Positions 26,536-40,028 of a stretch of 60,000 nt of DNA are shown here, piece after piece; position 1 is the first letter of the stretch, and each line of letters begins with the position of its first letter. The stretch is from Lytechinus pictus (lineage: Eukaryota). A model generated the notes under the pieces. The model saw nothing but the letters and a program-made list of their open reading frames with translations, had not been told where the DNA came from and ran no database searches. The stretch lies in assembly GCF_037042905.1 (NCBI RefSeq), contig NC_087245.1, positions 16,308,001-16,368,000 of the forward strand. Direction: 5' to 3'. Both the position numbers and the translations under genes were made by a program.

Positions 26536-28775
26536 TCACATATCTATGCTGTCTTGTCTATCTGTCGACGGGCTCATACCAGAACTAAAGCAAGTGTCAC
26601 TTATGTTCCCATTGGCTCCATTATCAGGAGGATGGCTTCCGTCAATCGTTCGCCTCATCTCTTTGGTAAATGAACAGTGATCATGTAACCGGTCTGAGGG
26701 CACTAAACAGTTTCCACCGTCCTCTGGTCTCGTATCATCGGGAATTACTTTCGACGAGTTTTCTGTCATAATTCCATCATCCTGAGGATCATTGCCGTTA
26801 TCCTCATTCAAACAGCTATTAGAATGATCTGTACCATTTCCTATTTTGTCTTCATGGCCGTCAATCGTACCGTTTAACATATGAGGTGCTCTCTGGTCAA
26901 TTGTATGCTCCGGAAAGATATCCGTATCAAATTGTAGATTATGTAGTCTCTCTGTACTATGCGGATAATGGTTTCCGTGTTCTTCTAAACTGGAATCGCT
27001 GAAATCTTCAGAGTCGATTGGAGAAGACAGTCTGTCGCCATCGGGAAACTGCTGAAATTTATCTTCTTGGTGGGCCTGCAGAGAATCGATAGATCCGGCA
27101 TGAGATGGAAAGTCACCGCATGCTTGCCCATTGTCATTGTGTCGAGGACGACGCAGAATGGTCCGACCTTGCAACCTGCCATGAATGTCATCATCGCTGG
27201 AAGATGAATCTGTTGAATGGTCACGGTTCCTTCTCCTAATCGATAGTGTCCTTAGAAGGGGATTCCGTGATGGTCTTGAATATCTAGGTGGATACAAACT
27301 ACCGAAACTGTGCCTCCGCTTTCCATCATAATTGTGAATATGTGTAATATCATCAACCGAGTCCAGTGATCTTGTGACAGGTAGGGGCCTCCGTGGCACC
27401 CTTTTCCTCGTCAACTCTTGGCTGAACAAACTTTGTTTTAGCAAATCACAGAGCGGTGTTCTTTTGACTTTCTGACCAGTGATTGCACTTCTTCCAAATA
27501 ACGCTTTCCGAAGACTGTTGTTATTATTGTTTACATTTTCCTCTTGACCATCCGCCACTTGTTCCACTTGAGGAGCTTGGGTAGTACTTTCATTTTCCAT
27601 CCCCTGATCACGAACAGTCACCGCTATATTTCCCACTAGTTCTGACATTACCTTCAGCGAATCCTCAAGACTACACTGTCCCCAGATGTTACCTTCACTT
27701 TGAATCCTTGATACGTTGATATTCACATCTGATCCATCGATATATTCCCCATTGCTGTCTGACATATGTAGAAGATCCCCCTTGCTAAACTTTTCTTTTC
27801 TACGATGAGATGGAGTACCCCTTCTAGAGCTCAAACTTCCTGCATCTGATTCAGAATCGCCGAATTTTTGAACCAGTGTGTCCAACTTTTGACGCAATTT
27901 TTCTTCCGTTTCATTCTCATTCTCATCATAAGAAGTCAGAGTCAGCAGATCATCGATTATGTCTAGACAGGAATCCACCTTTTCAGTAAGCTCATCGGCC
28001 TTCTCAAGATCTAACCTGACACGTTCTGCATTCTTCGAATGTATGGGAGACTTCTTTCTTCGACTAGATGGTCGTTTCTTTCTAGATGACTTACTTCTCG
28101 GGAAACCATTAACCTCGTCCAAATCAATGAACTCGGTGATGGCTTTGTCAGCTGATGGTAGTGAATGGCTGACTTTTGTTGGTGATTTAAGATGGTTGCG
28201 ACGAGAAGTCCTCCGCTTTGAACCTTTATGATGTTTGAGCTCGCTTATATTGTCTCCTTCAGGTGTGCCCAAATAGACTCTCTTATCAAATGGATCATCA
28301 TCCTCACCTCGTGGTCCTTCTGCTGAAACATAGGCCTCCGAGCTGTTCGTTTCACTGCGCCTACGGGTCACACCGTCATTGCTGGTCACACTTAGTCTAT
28401 CATCGTACATATTCTGCTGGAATTCTCTCGGATCGTACGTGGACAAAACTGAGTTTAGTATGTCATCCATATTTCTGTTGGTTATTTCACCAGAGTTTAG
28501 TTGATAACTTTGAGTCGTACCTGCAACAGTGACATCTTTCACCGTGGTATCAACCCCTTCTTCATCAGACTTGTTCCTGCTGACCTGGTCAAAGGTTTCG
28601 CTGTTTGATTGATTTAAATCATTATTTGGAACAACGCTCCCTTCATTGCCAATCTTTGATGGTACGACAGTTTCGGTTTCTCCGATAAACTGTCTGAATA
28701 TTTCAGGTTCTGTGATTACCAGCATCGGAGTTCTCTGTTTCACTTGTCGACTATCTTCTGCCCAACAAGTTGAAT
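26536..28775 (-). CDS. Probable terminal coding exon, Ser/Arg/Asp-rich low-complexity tail ending QDSIDM*
   Basis: ttttttttcag|AT acceptor (phase 1) in frame with the 735-aa ORF; TGA at 26538-26536. Confidence 0.85.
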
Positions 28776-29880
28776 CTGAAAAAAAATTATATGAATGTCT
28801 TAAAAATAATTTACCTAGCAGCTCAGACGAGTATGTGTAATCTGTAAATAAGGGATTCGGAAACGTGCGTTTATACCTATATCTTATTCATGTGCGGTAC
28901 AATTCCGTAATGAATAATATTTGCTCTACTGGTTACCCTTACAAACATATTCTTTTAAATTATTATTATTTATTTTTTGACATTTGGGAGTGTTATGTCA
29001 TGATTTATAGGGCATTTAAATATATGTATCTTGCTAACAGACAAAGACAAAATTTATATTTCGACCTAACCATAATTAACAACTGTTTGCCAAACACTTG
29101 GGGATTGTTGAAATTTCGGCTTTGCCAGTCTCCGATTTGTTGAACTAAATGTGAAAATATCTGGCTAAGCAAGATATAATATGTGAGTACATGTATATAA
29201 TACATGCACGTAATTACTCTTTTTGCAATAATATAGTAGCCGCAAAAATGGACAAGGCAATACCTTAGATGTGGATTGATGTACATAGAGGACCACAGTG
29301 TTATTTTTGTTATTAGTTCAAAACCTATGGGTATTATTAAATTCAAATTCAAATTCAATTCGGTTTTATTCAACAATACTCATCAAAAAGTCCGAAGACT
29401 AACAATGTGAGTTTACAATAAAAAAACATATAACAGAGAAAAAAAAAAAAATACATAACATGCAGTGGCCATTAAAGAAGAAAAAAATGTATTATGTTTA
29501 AAATGCAATAGTATAACAAGAAATATTACAACACCTTTGGTTAATACTTTAAAACTCTTTTGTATTGTGTTCAATCTCTTAGGCGTAATTAACACCACGT
29601 GAAGTGGTCCTCTACGGGTGCCAACTGGTGTCAGAGTAACACCCGAGGTTTTAATAGCCCTTGGAAATAAAATAATTCTTACCCTAGTAACTATCGGGTT
29701 AGTGGGCTTTACCCATATCAAAGAGATTTCATGATTAATCGACAATTGCAAATTCATTTTCTTCAATTAAGTGCAGACTCCTACAAAGAAAATATGCATT
29801 TCATTGATTGATTGGTGGAGTAATTAAGGGGGAATTATAAAAATGGTAAATATGAAAATCAAGATTGAAAACATTCCTAC

Positions 29881-30087
29881 CTTGCACTTCCAAAAGGCTG
29901 ACACAGAGCACGATTCCCTTGTCATTGGCGGCACTGCAGACATACAAACCAGCATCAGAGGGTATGATGTCCCGGATGTGAAGACAATGAATGCTACCTT
30001 CAACTCTGAGAGTGACGCGGTCATCACCATGGTTACTTGTGATATGGGTGTCATCTTTTGACCATTTCACTTCCGGGAGTGGCTCAC
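29881..30087 (-). CDS. Exon encoding the second half of I-set Ig domain 2 (GEPLPEVKWSKD...SDAGLYVCSAANDKG)
   Basis: Canonical I-set motifs; gtttaag| acceptor and G|gtagga donor; phase 1->1. Confidence 0.92.
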
Positions 30088-30560
30088 CTTAAACGAGATC
30101 AATGAATACAACTCTTATAGGCTGAATGAAAGAAATATGAAATAGACCTAGTTACATGTATCAAAGCATTAAATACGAAGACTTATTTTAATTGGACTGA
30201 ATACCAAATCTCACTGACATGGACATTCATTTGTAATCATAATAAGATGCATGTAGATACTAAATATAATAATAAAGGTCTATCACTGAATTACAGGTTT
30301 TGATATCTTGTATTTATTTGAATTTCTGTAATAATGTTACCACTCCTTTTTAGAATGTGATCGTTGAGTTTGAAATTAGAAGCACAATTACAGTAATTTT
30401 ATCGGTACACGATAGCAGTGGCATTACGCTACTCGGTATACTCTGCTTATATATCAAAACAGTTCTAGTGTACGTAATATCTTTAAATTTTGTATCCAGG
30501 TGAGCTCGTATAAACGCGATAGGTACGTTGGTGTTTCAGTGTTGCTGCTCGTGTATTTAC

Positions 30561-30709
30561 CTTCAACAGGGCAGAAGAATGTTGCCTTTGATCCCACAAG
30601 TGCTTGAACCTTCTGGCTGGGAAGTGACGCTGAAGGGATGTGCACTTGTTTCGCCAGACGTAAATCATCATCTCTGTCTGAAGTCTCTATTTCAGGTTGG
30701 CTACTTAAC
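30561..30709 (-). CDS. Exon encoding the linker and first half of I-set Ig domain 2 (...VGSKATFFCPVEG)
   Basis: G-x-x-A-x-F-x-C-x-V-x-G motif; aaatag| acceptor and G|gtaaat donor; phase 2->1. Confidence 0.88.
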
Positions 30710-31079
30710 CTATTTGAATTATGAAAGACGCCATTAGAATGACGTTTATCTTGTCAAGGAACATATGGTAATATGGATATTATCTACAATGTTATTTGTA
30801 CTTTTTTTGGGGTTTTCTATTTGCCATCTTGTCAATCGCCCAATTTTCTTATTTATCTCATTTTCTAAACACTTGCCTTTCTTTCGTATCATGCATCTAT
30901 TTTGTTTCAAATGTATCATACAGGTATATTTCGCCATTTTTTCATTACAGCTGCAGTTTTAAAAATGTAACTTGGATAAATCGATTCATAATTTCTTCAA
31001 AATTACTAATTTAAGGTTCTCAGAAATTGGACATTAAAACGTATTACAGTTGGTTTTCAAATAAGGTCTGTGTACTCAC

Positions 31080-31122
31080 CCATCAACGTCAGCACTCTTA
31101 GACTGTTGAACTGGCCCAGAAT
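31080..31122 (-). CDS. Linker micro-exon (DSGPVQQSKSADVDG)
   Basis: actttccaag| acceptor, GG|gtgagt donor; phase 1->2 bridges its neighbours exactly. Confidence 0.75.
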
Positions 31123-31431
31123 CTTGGAAAGTAAAGTGTTAGAAACACAAAGGACGTTCAGGCAAATCTACCAATCATAATTGTGCAATGGCAATTCATC
31201 GTTCCAAGAACTAAAGTATAATAATTCATCACCATAAGGAGCCTAACGACAGCTACAAGATATCCAAAAGGATTTATTTCTACTTTTCATCTACCTAACA
31301 TGCTCAAGCTCAAAATTATGGATCATAGAAGTTAGTTGCAGTTATTTGTCACCAATGGTGTCACCTTGTTATCATCACTATTATCACGATTATGAATTAT
31401 TATGTTTTCTACATGCAATTTTGTATATTAC

Positions 31432-31668
31432 CTCGTTCCTCGACATCGAGTTGAGCGGAAGAGAATGCCTGACCTTGGGGGTTGATTGCTACACATGCGT
31501 ATTCGCCTTTGTCCTCGAACTTGACCTCGACAATGTCCAAGATAGACACCAATGCGCATGCGTCATCATTGTTGTCTTCGCCGTAGTCTGTGATTTTCAG
31601 ACGGTTGTTCCTCTCCGGTCTGATGACCTTACCGGAAGCAAACCAGCTGATGTCAGGTCGAGGTGAGC
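31432..31668 (-). CDS. Exon encoding the second half of I-set Ig domain 1 (GSPRPDISWF...EDKGEYACVAINPQG)
   Basis: G-x-P-x-P-x-I-x-W and D-x-G-x-Y-x-C-x-A-x-N-x-x-G motifs; canonical splice sites; phase 1->1. Confidence 0.92.
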
Positions 31669-31779
31669 CTGAAGTAAGAAACAATGATCTCACTTGTCAT
31701 GTCCGATTAGTCAAGATACTTTGGTCCTTTCATCGGCCTCATCTTTCATACTTCATTACTGAACCTCTTTCAATTCTAA

Positions 31780-31939
31780 TACATCGGTCATATTTGCTGT
31801 ACGGCGGCCGTACGGCGAGTCGAAAACAGCCGTTTTAACATTTTTTGTATCAGCTACATAGGTGATTTGAATAATAATGAATGAAACGGCTGTTTCCGAC
31901 TTGCCGTATGGCCGCCGTAGAGCAAATGTGACCGAGGTA
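31780..31939. mobile_element. PIF/Harbinger-type MITE
   Basis: About 55-bp GC-rich TIRs (TACATCGGTCATATTTGCT.../...AGCAAATGTGACCGAGGTA), TAA on both sides. Confidence 0.85.
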
Positions 31940-32495
31940 TAATTCGGGCTTTACTAAGGAGAACAAGGGCTTTAATGAAAATGGATTTAAGAATAGTGAA
32001 TTCCTATAATATATTAATACTGCAGGAAAAATTTTCCACACTTAGGTTGCACCACGATGGTATATTCACAGAGGCAGTGCTATATTCTGAGAATGTCACT
32101 AAAACCAAGAACAAGGCTTTCAGTATCGTTCTTACGCGGTGCGTGCACAAGAGTATTTGGTATCGTTGGTTACCTTTCTTCTCTACACCATAACGTTTCT
32201 TGTATTTCTATTGACTTGACTCTTTCTCAATCAAAAAGGCTCTCTTAATTATATAAATATCGAATATATTGCTTTTTTGAAATGCTTTTCCGAAAAAACA
32301 CGATTTCAGAAAACACTGGTATACAAAACCCGACAGCTTCACTGTCAGTGATACTCTAGACATCTTGTTGAATTTAGTAGATCTAGACAGTCAGTGCTCT
32401 TTAATAATTAATCTTAAAATGGGAGGAATTATGATGTGTTTATAGCAATCATCATCAATAATTCATCGATGCCTGTCAAATGGGATAATACTCAC

Positions 32496-32644
32496 CCGTC
32501 ATACAGCAAACAAAGCGAGCATGGTCCCCATGGAAACATGATGCGTTATTTGGTCGAATCAGAAATCGAGGAGAGTGATGTTGAGTAGCAGTCTTCATCA
32601 GTATCGGTTCTTCCTGGACTAGCGTCCTCTCCAGTTCGTCTATT
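32496..32644 (-). CDS. Exon encoding the first half of I-set Ig domain 1 (SPRFLIRP...ARFVCCMTG)
   Basis: P-x-F start and F-x-C-x-x-x-G motif of I-set Ig; ttaacag| acceptor and G|gtgagt donor; phase 2->1. Confidence 0.88.
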
Positions 32645-33134
32645 CTGTTAACATACAATACAATGTTGGAATTTTGCATTTTGTACAATTTTCAAAGCAA
32701 AAACCAGCCATTTACAAGTAGAAATGTATTTTATAAAATGTGTCTGTATTTTTTTAACCTCATCTCGCGACAAGAAGTTATTTTTCTTTCGTTTAATTAA
32801 ATTCACATTTTTTATTTCATGGATGGCACACCAATAGTTTCATGTCAAACGTTTAATTTATAATTAATGAAGAATTTAGAGAAAATTGTAATTCCCTGTA
32901 ATCTTGGATTATTTCATTAAAGTTCTAAAGTCACATTATTTTCTTATAAAGATTATCAAGCCCTCCATGAAAATGCATATAAGTATTGGTCGAAGAATTA
33001 TTCAACCATTGAATATGACTAGATGCTAAATGTTCTCAAACAAACATGAGTAAATTCACAAATTTTTTTGAGCACTTAATTGCAAAAAGTACGATCATGA
33101 TGATAGAAAATTATAAAAGCGCAATGGCTGACTG

Positions 33135-33384
33135 CACTGTAAAAAATATTGGGTAAATTGTTTACCACCACGAGGGTAATGTGTCCAACCAATGTGGGAC
33201 AGTATTTTACCCAATGCGGGAAGCATATTGTCCTGTAAGGTTAAAAAATAAGCAGCAGTTACTTTAGAATGGGCAAAAATTTTCATCACACTGGATAAAT
33301 AAAAATGCCCAAAAGAAATGCGCAATGTTGATTGGATACATCATTACCCCCATGGAGCACTTTTACCCAATTTTTTTTAGAGTG
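33135..33384. mobile_element. EnSpm/CACT-ended MITE (degenerate)
   Basis: CACTGTAAAAAATATTGGGTAAA / TTTACCCAATTTTTTTTAGAGTG inverted ends; TSD not preserved. Confidence 0.65.
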
Positions 33385-33470
33385 TTTCTGTTCGGCTAAG
33401 CACAAAAACAGCACACCGCGTAGCGTTCTCCGAGTGTTCTTAAGAAAAAAAAAATGTTGATAACTCTTAC

Positions 33471-33534
33471 CGGTCGGAGAAATCTGAGTATGCAGTCTCG
33501 TACTCGGTGTCATCAGATACTTGTTCAAGATAAC
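33471..33534 (-). CDS. Large Ig/IQ protein exon (GYLEQVSDDTEYETAYSDFSDR)
   Basis: ctacag| acceptor, CG|gtaaga donor, phase 1->2. Confidence 0.75.
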
Positions 33535-36196
33535 CTGTAGTTTAAGAGCAAAAAATGGCCCAACGACAGAATTAAAAGAAATGACAGAGAGTATCATAAC
33601 AATGGCCCTGAAAATATGTCTAATGTGACCGTTGTTTGCCACATTAATGATGGCAGGAAGTTGAACAGTAATTTTTTGGAAGAGATACGGGGAGACCGGA
33701 ATATGGATTAATGACATTTTAAAGCTGAATATAGCGAAAAAGGGGAAATCAGAAATTAACATTAAGAAAGGGAAGGGATATTAATGGTGGATCAATCGGA
33801 AAGTTTACACATGCTGTGATAACATATGTTTCGAGAAAAGAATGCAGAAAATTAGAAAATGGAGAATATGAGAAAAAGGGGTTTATTCTTGCAAAACAAA
33901 ATCTTTGCAATCTAGTTTATGAAATATAAAACCCTGAAAAAATAAAATAGGTCATGTACTCTTTAGCAAGTCGAGCCAAAAACTAAGTCAAGTCGGGCAC
34001 ACACCTCTTCCCTGTTTTCCTCTTAAAACCTTATTTCAAATCCTTTTCTCCGCTCTTAAATCCTGGCCGCGTAATCCTAAATACTCAAGCTGATCTCCTC
34101 CAACCAGGTCCATGATTCCAGACAGTTTCAAACACTTCTTCAACGCTGCAAAATCTTTAATTTTATTCCGAATATGGACGATGGCGTTCTACAATTTGTC
34201 AATGCTGGACGCAGTATTTAAGCTTTAACAGTTAGCTTCATCGTTGAGCTTATAGAGCAAACCCCATTTAGAAGATGTCCTGTCATGGTACCCTACTTTA
34301 CTGGCGGGACGTTTGTTTTGCCCAAGTACTGGTCACTCAACGTATAGAGGGAAATGTGGGAAATGAACGCATACCCTTACCCTTGATGAACTGCTATCAT
34401 GTAACTGAATTAAAGGTCGTTCTCATTGATATTTTGCGAAGAGTATTTTCCTGTAAACCTACTATTACTATATGTGTTACAACTCGGTTGAAAAAGGCGT
34501 AGATAACCGTCTTCTGTGACTCTTCTTAGATACTTATAATGTAGTTGTAAAAAAATAATTGTCTTGATTTGTATCATCAAGTAAACATTTGCTTTTACTA
34601 ACTCAGAGTCGTGGGGGTCATATAAGAATCCATATTTTAATGAAAAGCAAGAAGTAGTTAAAGTCTACGCAAATTCGAATAAATTGCGCAACCACTTTCT
34701 TTGAGCTGACAAGAATTTTCCCCTTAATATTCTGAGTTCATATCTCATTAATCTCTCGATTAACATTTTTAAAAGACAAACATTTTCTCATTGTTGTCAT
34801 TTGATCTGTCTCAATATAACAATGGATTGATTTACAAGTACAATTGGCACCAAGCAATTAGGTTTAAAACACCCTATGTTAAAGGGTGAGTTGAGGAAAG
34901 GGGTTTGATTATCAAATCTATTCTAGTACACCTACTGGTTCAAGATGAGCCAATAGCAACACAATCAAATTGTGATGGTAATCAGAAATATATTACTAAT
35001 TAGTTCCAAATTTAAAACATAATGTTAACGATTTGGCCTCGTAAGAAGGCAACATGGAAACGGATACCGGATTATTGGGATAAGTCAATTAGCTGAAACG
35101 GATCGCGTTTTGACAGTTTGTTAATTTGTCTATATTGCGTCGTGTTTAAGAGCGTGGATTTTGTTAGGTTGGAGATTTCTTTGCACTTACAGGAAGGAGC
35201 CTTTAATAACATAATGCTTTTGCTTAGACAGGATTCACTCGAGAATGATTCATATCTGCAGAGATCGAATCGACAGAATGTTGCTATAAGGTATTCTATA
35301 TTTGGCTTTCTTGAGGGATAACTTACCGGCGGATTTTTTTCCCCATTGCAAAAATTTGCTTTGGGCTGGGTAATTTCAAATATTTTTAGAATTGGGCAAT
35401 AAATTTTAAGTGGCTTTATTGAATGAATACACTTTCTCTGCTCGTTTTGATATAAAATCCCGAATTTCCCCACGACGATTGCCGACTTTGTTCTTTAAAA
35501 AAAACCACGTTCCCCCTTCCCCCTTCCCCATTACCAAACTTCCTAATATCTTGTAAGGGTAGGAAACGCCGGTAGCTTTCATTTCTTCACGTGGTCTTCC
35601 CCAGGGTCGTGACGAATTCTCAAGTACAATCCAAATTCATATACGGATGAAGATTGTTGTCTTTATAATTTGTGCTTGGACTAGTCAAAAAATGTGTCAT
35701 TGTCACAAACACGACTTTATCGCCACAATTTGTTTTGAAAAAAATTGCATGGGATACATGACTATCTATACTATCGCTGATATATCACAAAGGTATTAGC
35801 TTTACCAAAACACCATGATATAATACCTCATGGAAAAGGTAAATACTTTATTTAAAAATTTGATAATGCTCTACAAGATGCAAAGAGAGTTTTTAAATTG
35901 TTATAGCTGAAGTATTGAATACAACCAAATACATATCTCAAGATGAATTGGCTTTTCATTTGGGGCAAGTCTTTGAGCTTGATTTAATTTAAAAATGCCT
36001 TAGCCAAATGAAAGGTGATTATTTCATTGTTACTGCAAAAAAAAATGCAATCTCACATGAGATCTCACCATGAATATGATACCTCAAGAAATTTGAATAC
36101 TTTCGTTTGAATCAACTAAATTTGATCAATTTCGTTCTAAAAACATAGAGAGCTCTTAAAGTAAAAATATTAAATGCAATCGAATAGAAATCTCAC

Positions 36197-36535
36197 CATG
36201 AAAATGTTTTCCATTGACGTAGCTCGTCGATGTTGATTGCAAACGACTGGTGTCGACATCATCTTCTCGGTCTCGGGTTCGTCGGCTGACTGGAACGGTG
36301 GTCAATGACGTCGGAGAACATGGCATAGGGCTGTTGCTTATGTTAACATGTCCATTCCTTTCTGTAGTTGCCATAGTAGTCGTAATGAGTCTTTCGATGT
36401 CAACTTCATCCTGATTTTTCAGCAACGACGCCGTGGATGACGAGGGAAGTATTGGAAGTTGATTGACATCGACGTAGTGAACGGATGCTGAGCTCCTAAA
36501 ATCGTGGTTGAGGGTGAACTTATCACCTTTGGCAC
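36197..36535 (-). CDS. Large Ig/IQ protein exon (GAKGDKFTLNH...KHFH)
   Basis: ttttacatgtag| acceptor, G|gtgaga donor, 339 nt open, phase 1->1. Confidence 0.8.
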
Positions 36536-37357
36536 CTACATGTAAAATAAGTAAATTGCAGAATTAGCGTGACCATGGAGCAAGAAATAAATTTCACAAA
36601 TATCAAATCCCTGAAGTTTGACAAAAAATTATTCGATTTTAAAACTCTTTCTCATTATCATATTAGCTTACATGTTATGCTATCATTTTTCCTGTACCTG
36701 AAAAATCATTGTATAACACTTTATTTCACGATTCATTTGATAGGTTCCAATAGAATAAACCTTCAATGCTTTTGAAGTCGTGTATGATTCCATGTATATG
36801 TCAGTAAATATTTTTCATATCGACAACGTAAGTAACTCCATTAAAACAAACCAGAACTCATTTGGTGTTTATAAAATGTCTCACTTCAATAAATCAAATT
36901 TTGTGCCCCACTAGTGATTCAGATTCTATATCACGAGTGAAAAAAAAATGAATTGTGAAACCTTAATTGATTTTAATTGAGGATATAAAGACTGCTCATG
37001 AACGGAAGATGTATCCATTAGTAAATAATCTAAAGGACATCTTAGTATTGCTTTCAATGAACTCTGTCACATGATCATTTTGACAAGTAACTGTAAGAGT
37101 TTAGACAAATGATTAGATATATTTGCTTTGATATGCCTTATTGCCGTGTGAGTCAAAAAGTCACAGACTATAAACATTGACTAGAAAGAAACAAGAATTG
37201 CAATGTATCTCAGTGTAATACAAGAGTCACATCAGCGAAACCGTCTTAAGACCGATCGAATTTATTACGTTATTACCGATTGCATAATATCGGATGGGTT
37301 GGAGTCGGTTTCGTTGGTATGGCTGTGGCACTACCCCCCATGTCTTGAAGAAACACG

Positions 37358-38159
37358 CACTGCAAAAACTCCAGTGTTGATTTAACACCAGCTCGGAATA
37401 TATATATGTCCACACCAGAGAAGTATTGAAACAACAACAGTTTGGACAAACTTGTTTTTATAAGAAAAAGAAAAATCAGACAAGTTGATAGGTGAAAGTT
37501 TGAACAATATTGGACAAACAACAAGAAAGTTATGAATTTTTAAAAGTTGTAAATATTGGTAATCACTATACCCATGGAGACTTCAAATTGGCCGCATATG
37601 GGGTGTCATAGTGATGTAAGGCAAGGACTACTCTTCCATGTATTCCAATACATATTATGGCTAAAATGTTATTTTTTCCAAAGGTTTTATTTCAAGTTAT
37701 ATTTTTCTTTCATGAGGACATAAAACAATATACTACCTGGATTACATTTAGATTACTGCCCCAGGGGAATGGGTACTTAGGAGAAAACCACAAATCCCTG
37801 ATAATAAAGTACATGGCCTATGGGAAAGTTGTCCTTGCCCCTTGTCATAATTTACTTACCCAGTTGCCAATTTGAAATCTACATACTATTAGTGATCTCA
37901 ATTTTAAAGCAGCTATAACTTTCTTATTGCTTGTTCGATTTCTTTCAAACTTTCACCATTCTGTTTAAATTATTTTTATCCTTCCCAACACAACATTTTA
38001 TGGCCAAGGCTGGATTCCCCTTTTTAATACTAATTGGTGTTGTATAAACACCTATCTGGTGTTAGACCAAAAGGAAACTGATGTTGTTTAAAACTTCTCT
38101 GGTGTGGACATATATAGATTTTGGGCTGGTGTTATATCAACACCAGACTTTTTGCAGTG
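37358..38159. mobile_element. EnSpm-type MITE (same family as 49803-50044) interrupted by a nested insertion
   Basis: CACTGCAAAAA...TTTTTGCAGTG ends, 2-bp TSD CG, arms match the 49803 copy. Confidence 0.85.
37447..38027. mobile_element. Kolobok-like (TTAA-targeting) element, left-truncated, nested in a MITE
   Basis: Ends GGATTCCCCTTTTTAA; internal imperfect inverted arms resembling 56412-56998. Confidence 0.65.
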
Positions 38160-38251
38160 CGTCTTTTCTCGACTGTCCCTTCACGATATCCTGATCCTAT
38201 GAGTAGTCAAAAACTCCACACGGAAATTCATCCTGAAATAACCTCACTTAC

Positions 38252-38276
38252 CTGATGTACAGCACGCTGATCCCAT
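38252..38276 (-). CDS. Candidate alternative first coding exon MGSACCTS(G)
   Basis: ATCATGG context; consensus donor CAG|gtaagt; phase 1, compatible with exon 36535-36197. Confidence 0.6.
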
Positions 38277-39439
38277 GATCAAACACCAAACCCTCAAACC
38301 AATCCTGACATGAACTCAGCACAATTCATTCAGACAAAAATATACGCACGTCCGAATAACTCTCTTCAAATTGGGCTTATTTCCCCCGACATATCATGTG
38401 TAGCCTATCAGGTAAACCGCAATAGTACGTATTCCAATCGGATAATCGGATAAAGTCGATTTAGCGGTTGGTAACCCGCAGACTAGATAGTTATCGCTGA
38501 ATGCAGCGCATGAAACAGTAAATAGATCGAAAAGCAGCACAAATCCTATTTCTGTCTACCGTTATGATTTTAGTCGATAATATATAATTTCAACGCTAGG
38601 GTGAACTTTGCGTTCACACCTGTCAACCTGTAACAGGTCACAACTCAACACATTTGGATGAGAACCTGCCAGCTGACGCTCTAGTTGGAACCAATTCGCA
38701 TACGCTCACAACAAATACAATAATGTCAATAAATGTTGTGGAATAATTCGTTTTCCCATATATTTCTACTGTCTATTGAATCCCGCTTCTTTTTCATTGG
38801 ACAATGATTATATCGCATTTTGACGCCTCGTTAATGTCCAGGAAATGACTCGAAATTTAGGGTCAATAGATGGGCCAAGCTATCTAGCGGTTAATATGGC
38901 AACGGAAGATGTAGGGTATATAGCGTCTTCAGAGAAGAGGATTAGAGGGATTGGATGTTTCTTGTCATGGTCAGCGAATGTTTATCTTCAAGGAAATTAG
39001 CACTTTTCCGTTCAGACTTAACGGAGATATACGGTCAGATGGCGAGACCTCAAGTGCAACGAGATAGCTTGAAGAGCACGTCCCCAGAAGAATCCCCCAA
39101 AACACCTCTCCATTTAAAATGAATCTACAGCATCCAAACTACATCTGTTGATGATTTCGTCATTCATTACACTTACTAAATCACTACCAATAAAGGATCG
39201 TCCTATCATCATGCCTATAAAGCCCTGTTTCATTAATTCAATCGACTTATCATTTCCATCACATTGACGTCAGAAATGTAAGAATTTAAGATAAAAGAAA
39301 ATGAATTAAAAGGATTACTAATTTCTTCAAAGATTTTCATTGATCGCTTATTCTATATCTGTTACATCACAGTAATTTTTTAAATGATTAAAATGGGTGT
39401 TATTTTGATTACCACAATTATAGTAGGAGTCGTAACGTT

Positions 39440-39479
39440 ATAGTAGTAGTAGTAGTAGTAGGAGGAGGAGGAGGAGGAG

Positions 39480-39545
<66 letters not shown>

Positions 39546-39568
39546 AAATAGTAGTAGTAGTAGTAGTG

Positions 39569-39614
<46 letters not shown>

Positions 39615-39667
39615 CAGGACTAGTAATAGTATAGGAAAAAGTAGTAGTATAGAAGAAGAAGAAGAAG
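39440..39667. repeat. (TAG)n/(GGA)n/(GAA)n microsatellite
   Basis: Seen directly in the sequence. Confidence 0.95.
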
Positions 39668-39835
39668 TGCGTTCTGAATATAGTTTTAGACGGACACAAT
39701 TAATGGTCTTTCATCAGCTTATGTGCAAGTAATTAAATATTGCAAGCTTACCTTTAATAGAACTTTGAAGAAAATTAATTATCCTATTATTGAGTTGATA
39801 TCTCAGATATTTTTAAGATCCCGTAATTGACTTAC

Positions 39836-40028
39836 CTTCAACTAAAGTGGGCTGGACGGGGCAAGCACGAGTTGCACTAATGGCGTCATTGAGGTCTGTG
39901 ACTCCACCGCCATCATCGCAAGGTATTCTGGGAGAGAAAAGCTCAGATGCCGCCGAGACAGTCTTTTGGGAGTCGTGATCATCATCGCTCGGATGTGAGC
40001 CATTTTCTGCTATCCTTTGCGATTCCGT
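39836..40028 (-). CDS. Large Ig/IQ protein exon (TESQRIAENG...PTLVE)
   Basis: attctgtag| acceptor, open frame, G|gtaagt donor; phase 0->1. Confidence 0.8.

Noticed and set aside
34004..34145. Extra coding exon of the large gene
   Set aside because: It has an acceptor-like site but stops in all frames, and the neighbouring exons already join in phase
39418..39699. Thr/Pro mucin-like ORF
   Set aside because: Intronic (TAG)n/(GGA)n microsatellite
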